Assembly (NCBI GenBank): GCA_020348445.1
Contig: CP070751.1
Span: 2,391,245-2,403,525 of the forward strand
DNA from: Thermoplasmata archaeon
Lineage (GTDB): Archaea; Thermoplasmatota; Thermoplasmata; GCA-020350865
Direction: 5' to 3'
Length of the DNA stretch: 12,281 nucleotides
The notes beneath the pieces were generated by a model. That model was given only the letters and a program-made list of their open reading frames with translations, ran no database searches and was not told the origin of the DNA. Position numbers and translations under genes: made by a program. Shown piece after piece: positions 1 through 6,187 of this stretch. Position 1 is the stretch's first letter; every line of letters begins with the position of its first letter.

Positions 1-915
1 AAGGAAACTGCACTTGACTATCTCGGAGATGGAGTAATTTCCATGTTCCATACCAGCGACAGGAACGGAAGAAGGATCAGGATGATGGACATACAGAAGC
101 TCAGGGGCTGTGAGATTCCGCATTCCAAATATCTTTATACCCTATTGGGTGGAAGGTTGATGGTTTTTGGACCGCAGCAGCTCAATGGTTCCACCTACAC
201 GGGTAAATGGCAACCGCTACCAGATCCAAATGAACTCATGGTTTCAACCGGGTGCAAGGAGCTTGATGAATTGCTGGGTGGGGGACTTAGAAGAGGCAGC
301 TTAAATATGATCGAGATAGGAGACAACATACAAACCGAACATGCAGATATTATCGAGCATTCCTTGGTTTACAATTTCGCATCTAAGAATCGGGGAGTTG
401 TGTGGATACCTGCAAAAAAGGCTACAAGTAAAACAGTCAAAGAAGCGCTCAATCCCTATCTCAAGGATCACGCATTGGAGGATAATGTTCGGATTTACGA
501 GAAGTACGGGGAGGGCGGCGCAGAAGGATTGTTCCATCATATCGAAGGAAAGGATGTGAGCCAGGACCTGGAATGGAGGACAGCTAAATACGAACTATCT
601 AAATCTGATTCCCCTTTGCTGCTTTTAGCTGGTTTCGATACCATGGAGTCAATATATCCCACAGGTAATCTTGTTGAAGATCTATCAGATGTCATGATGT
701 TCATAAGACGGATGGGAGACATCTTCGTAGGCATAACCACACCTTCAACAATGTCAACACAGAGGCTCGCGGATCTAACTCGCACTCACATAAAGTTCGA
801 GAACATTGGCGGCACAACCGTTGTTTACTGTGAGAAACCACATACAGAGCTGTACGCCCTAGAGATTGCCTGCGAAAATGGATATCCAAAGGCTAAATTG
901 GCCCCGATATTGTAA
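1..915 (+). CDS. GvpD-like / RAD55-KaiC superfamily tandem RecA-fold protein, 5'-truncated by the window edge
   Basis: Frame 1 is open from base 1 (KETALDYLGDGVISMF...RRIRMMDIQKLRG, typical end of a KaiC/RAD55 domain), so the track start at 43 is internal. A second RecA-like domain begins STGCKELDELLGGGLRRGS but lacks a GxxGxGKT Walker A. The C-terminus (HIKFENIGGTTVVYCEKPHTELY...GYPKAKLAPIL) resembles archaeal GvpD homologues. TAA at 913-915. Confidence 0.7.
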   Translation, partial: KETALDYLGDGVISMFHTSDRNGRRIRMMDIQKLRGCEIPHSKYLYTLLGGRLMVFGPQQLNGSTYTGKWQPLPDPNELMVSTGCKELDELLGGGLRRGSLNMIEIGDNIQTEHADIIEHSLVYNFASKNRGVVWIPAKKATSKTVKEALNPYLKDHALEDNVRIYEKYGEGGAEGLFHHIEGKDVSQDLEWRTAKYELSKSDSPLLLLAGFDTMESIYPTGNLVEDLSDVMMFIRRMGDIFVGITTPSTMSTQRLADLTRTHIKFENIGGTTVVYCEKPHTELYALEIACENGYPKAKLAPIL

Positions 916-1009
916 TCGATCCAAAGCTAATACCAAAATTCGGTATCATCCAACATTTTTCACCGAAATAGTCATATCGTCCTAGATTCATGAAGCCCAA
1001 GATCTTTGT

Positions 1010-1852
1010 ATGGAGAAAAAAATTGACATGAATAAAATCGAGCTGGACAAAAGGAAGGGGCAGTATATTCTTTCTAATGAGGATGTTATAAAAAGGCAAG
1101 TGGACTATGCAGAACTTACAGGAAAAGAAACTGTTCTTGAAATAGGGCCCGGCCTTGGGGCATTAACCTTGAAACTAGCTGAGAGAGCAGATAGGGTTGT
1201 GGCCATAGAAAAGGATTATCGGCTGTATTCGCATCTCAAAAACAAAATCCCTCCCAATGTTGAACTCATAAATGCGGATGTCATGGACATTGACATTCCA
1301 AAATTCCAAGTTGTTGTGTCAAATCTTCCATATCAGATTTCTTCCCCTGTGACATTCAAGCTCTTAAACCTTGAGTTTAGCAGGGCCATATTGATGTACC
1401 AAAAGGAATTTGCACTGAGAATGATTGCTAATGCCGGGGATAAAAACTACTCCCGTCTTTCTGTAAATGTGTATTACAATGCAGAGTGTAAACTAATGGA
1501 ATTTGTATCAAGGGAAGCTTTTCGTCCAAAACCCAATGTAGACAGTGCAATAGTCAAATTGACCTTGCGCAGTCCGCCGTTTTCCGTGGTAAGCGAGAAT
1601 TGGTTTTTTAAAGTGGTAGAAGCGCTTTTTAGTCAGAGGAGAAAGAAGATCAAGAACTCCTTGGCAAGTCTGATTGCAAGCCAACTCGGAAATAAAGGGA
1701 TCGATGGTAAATCAGCTTTAAAATACATAATAAATGAACTGCCATTTAAAGATGAAAGGGTGGAGAGACTGAGTCCAAAGGAGATCGGAGAACTGGCAGA
1801 TTGCACTCTCTTGTCAATACAAAATATCGAAGAAAAAATCAAACCGACATGA
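1010..1852 (+). CDS. rsmA: 16S rRNA (adenine-N6,N6)-dimethyltransferase RsmA/KsgA/Dim1
   Basis: Family motifs in order: GQYIL (GQxFL-like), VLEIGPGLG (SAM binding), VAIEKD, NLPYQISS, LMYQKEFA, YSRLSV, FRPKPNVDSAIV, FSQRRKKIKN. The start could also be the ATG at 1028. Confidence 0.96.
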   Translation: MEKKIDMNKIELDKRKGQYILSNEDVIKRQVDYAELTGKETVLEIGPGLGALTLKLAERADRVVAIEKDYRLYSHLKNKIPPNVELINADVMDIDIPKFQVVVSNLPYQISSPVTFKLLNLEFSRAILMYQKEFALRMIANAGDKNYSRLSVNVYYNAECKLMEFVSREAFRPKPNVDSAIVKLTLRSPPFSVVSENWFFKVVEALFSQRRKKIKNSLASLIASQLGNKGIDGKSALKYIINELPFKDERVERLSPKEIGELADCTLLSIQNIEEKIKPT

Positions 1853-1860
1853 TAAAAGAG

Positions 1861-1894
1861 AGGGGACATACTAGGGATCAGTTATTTGTCCCCT
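1861..1894. terminator. Inverted repeat between convergent rsmA and wHTH genes (possible bidirectional terminator or RNA-stabilising hairpin)
   Basis: AGGGGACA (1861-1868) and TGTCCCCT (1887-1894) are perfect 8-bp complementary arms with an 18-nt loop, inside the 53-nt gap between convergent stops. Function is inferred. Confidence 0.45.
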
Positions 1895-1905
1895 GGTTTG
1901 TAGAG

Positions 1906-2313
1906 TCATGATGTACTTTCGTCCAGAAGCGACCAACTGCCTCCAAAATCATCGACTATCCCTGAAGACAACTGCACTCTAGCCCTGAACTTTCCCTTCT
2001 CCAGGAAGAAATGGGCGTTCACGATCTGGGATTGGTAGAGTTTAACCCGCTTTCCATTGCCGTTGAGTTTGTCACCTATACATCTTAGGAATCCCAGGTC
2101 TTCCAGTTGGCGCACTTTTCTATAACAAACTGCAATTGGGATTCCATAGGTCGCACTGATTGTTTGGACCGATTTGGGTTTTTTATAGGTGCTCATTAGT
2201 ATCTTTGAAACGTATTTATCGCTGATGAGATTTGATATCTTGACTGGATTATAGTCGATCTCTTTTTTTGACATAGAAGATGTCCCACTTTCGATGATAG
2301 TTGTTGTTCTCAA
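1906..2313 (-). CDS. ArsR-like winged-helix transcriptional regulator (Thermoplasmata-type family)
   Basis: ISDKYVSKILMSTYKKPKSVQTISATYGIPIAVCYRKVRQLEDLGFL is an HTH, followed by the wing GNGKRVKLYQS. The track start at 2418 looks over-extended. More likely starts are TTG 2313 (GGGGGTG SD about 6 nt upstream) or ATG 2274. Confidence 0.85.
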   Translation of the reverse strand: MRTTTIIESGTSSMSKKEIDYNPVKISNLISDKYVSKILMSTYKKPKSVQTISATYGIPIAVCYRKVRQLEDLGFLRCIGDKLNGNGKRVKLYQSQIVNAHFFLEKGKFRARVQLSSGIVDDFGGSWSLLDESTS

Positions 2314-2510
2314 AAATTCCACCCCCTTTTCCCAGTAGTTGATAATCCGTCCGATTTTACATCTAGCACCCTCGAGATATCCCCATTTCTCAGGGCGATG
2401 GACATGGGTGTTCGACATTTTTCATTAAATTCATGTTGCTCCTTGTTCAGCCACCAAAGTCCATCCTCTCTTTCTAGAACACGTTCGTTAACACACCATA
2501 TTCTCTTCAT
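2310..2510 (-). CDS. Small hypothetical protein (66 aa), probably co-translated with the downstream wHTH gene
   Basis: Strong GGAGG SD (2523-2519) 8 nt before ATG 2510. Its TGA (2312-2310) overlaps the TTG at 2313 as TTGA. No family recognised. Confidence 0.5.
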   Translation of the reverse strand: MKRIWCVNERVLEREDGLWWLNKEQHEFNEKCRTPMSIALRNGDISRVLDVKSDGLSTTGKRGWNF

Positions 2511-2622
2511 CTCATGCTCCTCCCTTTTCTTCTTACCAGGTAGGTGTATTTATGGCAACTCCTTCGCGCTCTTTTGGAAATCATTGTGCCAATGTTCTCT
2601 TGATACTTACATAGAACCAAGA

Positions 2623-2663
2623 TATATAAAGCTTTCCAAATTTTATTGTAATCAGTGCAATAA
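2623..2663 (-). promoter_or_regulatory. Archaeal BRE/TATA promoter (minus strand) with an upstream imperfect palindrome
   Basis: The minus strand reads GGAAAGC-TTTATATA (2637-2623), a purine-rich BRE directly followed by a TATA box. TTATTGTA-N5-TGCAATAA (2643-2663, 7 of 8 arm positions pair) lies just upstream of the BRE. Confidence 0.55.
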
Positions 2664-2774
2664 TAAACTGTAAAAGCTACAACATGATATTGGAGGAATA
2701 GCATAGAGAAGCTAAAATTTTTCTTTTTGAAAAAACTGATTCATTTTACTAACGACTAAATGTTCTTTATACAG

Positions 2775-3041
2775 TTAAAATTTTCTCCATAAATCTGATA
2801 TTTTTTCGAACTCATTTACCAGGTGCTCAGTGTTGATTATATAATATTTAGATTTTTTATCCTCATGCGAAACCTCTACGACCCCAAGGTCAACAAGGTT
2901 CTCGATCCTCCTTTGGGCGGTTCTAAAGTTGAGTTCTGTTCCACCTATTATTTTAGCGAGGGTATGGCCCGTATGAGGATGAAGAAGTAGATAGTCAAGA
3001 ATTCTCGATTCAGGAATGTCACCAATTACATCTTTAAACAT
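2775..3041 (-). CDS. Small winged-helix (ArsR/MarR-like) DNA-binding protein, divergent from the first STAND ATPase
   Basis: 88 aa: ESRILDYLLLHP...TLAKIIGGTELNFRTAQRRIENLVDLGVV (HTH) plus wing KKSKYYIIN. GAGGGGAG SD lies upstream of ATG 3041. Confidence 0.85.
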   Translation of the reverse strand: MFKDVIGDIPESRILDYLLLHPHTGHTLAKIIGGTELNFRTAQRRIENLVDLGVVEVSHEDKKSKYYIINTEHLVNEFEKISDLWRKF

Positions 3042-3158
3042 ATTATTCTCCCTCTATGCCGTATAAATTGTAGGTTCATAGGCCTTTCGGTATGTTTTCG
3101 CCTATTTTAGGGTATTTTACGCAGCGATATCTTTATAGGTGAATAAATACTTTACTTA

Positions 3159-3205
3159 TTACTGTAAATTGAACAGTAAAGATTATAAATGATGTAATTA
3201 TTACA
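3159..3205 (+). promoter_or_regulatory. TATA box for the STAND ATPase gene, flanked by two palindromic operator-like sites
   Basis: TTACTGT-N7-ACAGTAA (3159-3179, perfect 7-bp arms), TTATAAAT (3183-3190) and TGTAAT-T-ATTACA (3193-3205). Confidence 0.5.
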
Positions 3206-3254
3206 CCAAAAAACCTTAGAAAGGGTTCAGTAGCAGAAGAAAACGAGGATATCA

Positions 3255-4676
3255 ATGACCACGAAAAGTCGCACAAAACACGAAAAGAAAAAGAAGATAG
3301 CAGGCAATCTCGCCTACAATATGGGACATATTCTTTATGTGGCCCAGCTTACTGGGGATCTGGAGAAGAAGAAATTGATCAGTTCCATGCCGAAGCATGA
3401 TCAAGAACGCTATGAGATAGCATTTGAAACCCTCCTCAGAGATGGCCTTTTAGTGCATGAAAAAAAGCGCGATATAAGCAATTATTCCCTTAATCCAGAA
3501 AAATTTGAATATACAAAGGAACTTATTCATCGCTTTGTCAGAGGAACAAGAGGTGAGATAAAAGTAAAACAGATAAAAAAGAATCCGTTTTTTCATAGGG
3601 GACCTATTAAAGATACTGAGCACTTTATCGGTCGTGAGAGCTTGATTTCCCACATCTTCGACAGATTGAGGCACACTGAAGATTGTTCAATAATTGGCCC
3701 AAGGGCAATAGGAAAAACCTCCCTCTTGCATTATATCTCCCATAATGAGGTGGTAAGAAAAAATCACTTGGATCCAAAAAAATACATTTTCGTATACTAC
3801 GACCTTCAAAGATTCGGTGAAAACACCAAAATCGAAGATTTCTATTATGAGATGTTTTCTCAAACATCGCAACAGGTACTTCACGGGGGATTGATTTCCG
3901 AGGGGGAGATAAAACAAATCAATGACGAGAATCCGAATGTCATCAAGGAGATCAACAAATCCCTTTTTGAGATGAGGGATCTGGAAGGGCTTATTGGTGC
4001 GCTTTCTGAAAGGGATTATAAAATTGTATACATGTTCGATGAATTCGAATCCATAGCCAATAATCCCACATTTGATTTCAGTTTCTACGGACAACTTCGG
4101 GCTCTTTCGGGTAATCCTGGGTTTCAGGTTGCATTCATAACCGCCTCCAAAAAAAGCATTTATGAGCTCACTTTCCAAGAGGATATAAAAACCTCACCGT
4201 TTTTCAGATACTTTGAGGATTTCAGGTTGGGGCCCATGAATCGTGAAGAAATCAGGGGATTCTTCCGACTGGCTGCAAAAAATGGGGTGATTTTCTCAAG
4301 TGATATGAGAAATTTGATAGAGAAATGGAGTGGCGGCCATCCCTTTATAGTTCAACTTTCCTGTGATTATTTCTTCAATTTGGTAATGAATGGGAATAAA
4401 TTAAAACCTGAAGATGGAGAAAAACATCTTGATATATTCTTAAAACGGCATAAAAAACATTTCGCATATTTTTGGAAACAGGTGGATAAAAGAGAACAGA
4501 CATGTCTGTGGAGGTTGGCCTCCGGTAAATCCCCAGGTAGGGATTGCAAGGGTGTTTTAGAGAACTTGGAGGACAGTTATCTGGTTAACAAGGAAAAGAA
4601 GAAATATAGGATTTTCTCGGCGGCATTTGAAAAGTTCGTAAAAAATATGCCATCTTCAAAATCCGAATTAATATAG
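3255..4676 (+). CDS. STAND-like P-loop ATPase (AAA_35/ATPase_2-type) with an N-terminal wHTH-like domain
   Basis: NPFFHRGPI...FIGRE pre-P-loop motif (from 3582), Walker A GPRAIGKTS (3696-3722), Walker B IVYMFDEFE (4023-4049), GxP motif WSGGHPFIVQLSC, and a C-terminal winged helix (LENLEDSYLV...YRIFSAAFEKFV). The N-terminal ~105 aa contain FETLLRDGLL...NYSLNP, a helix-plus-wing pattern. GAGG SD upstream of ATG 3255. Confidence 0.88.
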   Translation: MTTKSRTKHEKKKKIAGNLAYNMGHILYVAQLTGDLEKKKLISSMPKHDQERYEIAFETLLRDGLLVHEKKRDISNYSLNPEKFEYTKELIHRFVRGTRGEIKVKQIKKNPFFHRGPIKDTEHFIGRESLISHIFDRLRHTEDCSIIGPRAIGKTSLLHYISHNEVVRKNHLDPKKYIFVYYDLQRFGENTKIEDFYYEMFSQTSQQVLHGGLISEGEIKQINDENPNVIKEINKSLFEMRDLEGLIGALSERDYKIVYMFDEFESIANNPTFDFSFYGQLRALSGNPGFQVAFITASKKSIYELTFQEDIKTSPFFRYFEDFRLGPMNREEIRGFFRLAAKNGVIFSSDMRNLIEKWSGGHPFIVQLSCDYFFNLVMNGNKLKPEDGEKHLDIFLKRHKKHFAYFWKQVDKREQTCLWRLASGKSPGRDCKGVLENLEDSYLVNKEKKKYRIFSAAFEKFVKNMPSSKSELI

Positions 4677-4687
4677 AGGTTATGTGC

Positions 4688-4831
4688 ATGTTCAGAAAAA
4701 AAAGACACTGGGGTGAAAAGATTATAATAACATGGGATACATATTTATACACTGGAATAAAAAAGCCCCTTTCCATTAAAGATACTGAATTGGCTTCCCA
4801 AATAGGTATATGGGGGTTTTTATATCGCTGA
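4688..4831 (+). CDS. 47-aa ORF (MFRKKRHWGEKIIITWDTYLYTGIKKPLSIKDTELASQIGIWGFLYR), likely the N-terminal part of the next gene across a frameshift
   Basis: Not in the ORF track (under 60 aa). The GAGGT SD (4676-4680) overlaps the ATPase stop and sits 7 nt before ATG 4688. The ORF overlaps the open downstream frame at 4806-4831. Confidence 0.55.
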   Translation: MFRKKRHWGEKIIITWDTYLYTGIKKPLSIKDTELASQIGIWGFLYR

Positions 4832-4865
4832 TGACATAGGAGAAGAAGAGAAGAATCCTGAGTCC

Positions 4866-5465
4866 TTGGGACCCGTGGATGACTTGATTTTGGACTACTG
4901 GTCCTCCATAATTGAAATTGATAATGATAATAACGGTCATGTTCATCAGACTCTGAAGGCAAGGGTCAAGGTTGGTAGGCTTCGAGAAAAAATGATATCA
5001 ATACTATCAGATAAACCCATAGGGCTCGAAAACATGGGCCTAGTTATTAACGATTTAAATACAGGTGAGGAGCTCATTCCCGAGGTTCTAATCGATGATC
5101 CTAAATATAAGTGGATCAAGATCCCGTTTAAATACCCCATAGAAAAGGACGAGGAATTCGGATTTGAAGCGAGGTATTTGCAGCCCTTGACTTATAAAGC
5201 CATTGGTGAGGATTATTACAGTTATACCAGCAGGCATCATTGCAAAGATATCCTGATAAAGATCAAATTTCCAAGAAATGTTCATATCAAAGATACAGAG
5301 GGGTCCAATATCAGAACGAGTGGAGGCATTATCCTAGATATTTCTGAGGGCAATAAACCGACAATATCCATAGAAGAAGGTAGAGCTTGCATAATATGGG
5401 CTATTAAATACGGGAAAATAGGATACACCTATACTGTCCGATGGAGAACTGAAAAAGAATCATAG
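4866..5465 (+). CDS. Uncharacterised all-beta (two beta-sandwich-like) protein; true start probably at 4688 via a +1 frameshift
   Basis: Beta-strand-rich sequence with PIEKDEEFGFEARY, YYSYTSRHHCKDILIKIKFP and IIWAIKYGKIGYTYTVRW patterns. The frame is open from 4806, but the first start codons (TTG 4866, GTG 4875) lack a well-spaced SD. Confidence 0.8.
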   Translation: MGPVDDLILDYWSSIIEIDNDNNGHVHQTLKARVKVGRLREKMISILSDKPIGLENMGLVINDLNTGEELIPEVLIDDPKYKWIKIPFKYPIEKDEEFGFEARYLQPLTYKAIGEDYYSYTSRHHCKDILIKIKFPRNVHIKDTEGSNIRTSGGIILDISEGNKPTISIEEGRACIIWAIKYGKIGYTYTVRWRTEKES

Positions 5466-5566
5466 CCTAATTTACATTAGTGAATCTAACGAACCCCAGT
5501 ATCGGATTTTATATGACTTCTATAGGCACGATTCAGCTGAATGGTTATTTGCTAAGGTCTACCGTT

Positions 5567-5866
5567 CTAACCGCTGCCAGCGCCGCCACCGTCTACTCCA
5601 CTTCCAGCGCCACCACCATCGCCTCCGCTACCAGCGCCACCGCCATTGTACGTACCAGGATCAATGCCGCTACCTGCACCGCCACCGTCTACTCCACTAC
5701 CTGCACCGCCACCATCAACACCGCTACCAGCACCTCCCCCTGCAAACACTTGGCCTGAAGCAAAAAATAGTACCAATAAACCGACTGCCATCAAAATAGC
5801 GGTTTTTCGGGCACCTTCACACCCACCACCAGCTTCGCTCCCCAGGGATTGCCCCCTATCTTTCAT
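5567..5866 (-). CDS. Small secreted or membrane-anchored glycine-rich repeat peptide (99 aa)
   Basis: GGAGG SD 9 nt before ATG 5866. A hydrophobic segment RK-TAILMAVGLLVLFFASG and a V-F-A signal peptidase I-type site are followed by a 57-aa tail with 32 Gly. Repeat units differ mainly at synonymous third positions in this frame, which supports real coding. Confidence 0.85.
   Translation of the reverse strand: MKDRGQSLGSEAGGGCEGARKTAILMAVGLLVLFFASGQVFAGGGAGSGVDGGGAGSGVDGGGAGSGIDPGTYNGGGAGSGGDGGGAGSGVDGGGAGSG
5570..5740 (-). repeat. 27-bp coding tandem repeat, GGGAGSG(V/I/G)D x5 plus a truncated 6th unit, interrupted once by PGTYN
   Basis: Units on the minus strand include GGG GGA GGT GCT GGT AGC GGT GTT GAT / GGT GGC GGT GCA GGT AGT GGA GTA GAC / GGT GGC GGT GCA GGT AGC GGC ATT GAT. 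The region is a local GC-rich island in an AT-rich window. Confidence 0.95.
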
Positions 5867-6187
5867 GCTTTCTTGCCTCCAACACCTGTTTTGGATATAG
5901 TCTGTAAGACATAAACTTTATCCAAACTGAATATATATGTAACTAAAGTTATTTAAACATTAGGAAACGACATATAGGATGAGGCCAAAAACTTTCGGAA
6001 AGAACCTAAAACCATAATTACGATATTAATCGAAGGTTTATAACACGTATACCTATTTCATTGCCTTATTACCCAGATATGAATTATCGAATGCTACTTA
6101 AAATCATTGAAAAATATTTAAGGTTGAAATCAATAATCCAGGGCAGAACGGGAATTCGCCTGATAAGTCTTGGTAAACAGTGGTACC

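Noticed and set aside
2507-2584. 25-aa basic uORF as ribosomal protein eL41
   Set aside because: Length and charge are similar, but the RWKWxKKRxRRLKR-type core of eL41 is absent.
2507-2704. Track ORF 2507-2704 (-), and the N-terminal extension of 1906-2418 (-)
   Set aside because: The first runs through the predicted BRE/TATA, so only its last 25 codons could be transcribed from that promoter. The extension to 2418 overlaps the SD-supported 66-aa ORF and has no wHTH-like content.
3162-3176. CTGT-N-ACAG as a bacterial LexA SOS box
   Set aside because: The spacer is 7 nt, not the 8 nt of the gammaproteobacterial box, and the context is archaeal. Kept only as a generic operator.
4696-4703. 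A8 tract as the slippage site of the split gene
   Set aside because: Shifting here meets in-frame stops well before 4806. The shift must lie within 4806-4831.
5570-5740. 27-bp repeats as a CRISPR array or RTX calcium-binding repeats
   Set aside because: There are no unique spacers and the variation is codon-patterned. The unit lacks Asp at position 6 of the RTX GGxGxDxUx consensus.
5837-5866. MKDRG|QSLGSE resembles an archaeal class III (pilin) signal peptide
   Set aside because: The Glu is at +6 rather than +5, and the hydrophobic stretch starts only about 16 residues after the putative cut site. A signal peptidase I site (VFA) fits better.
5480-5900. Plus-strand ORFs 5480-5758 (Thr/Ala-rich) and 5646-5900 (Pro-rich)
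   Set aside because: Antisense shadows of the Gly repeat. The synonymous third-position variation, SD and signal peptide all fit only the minus-strand frame.
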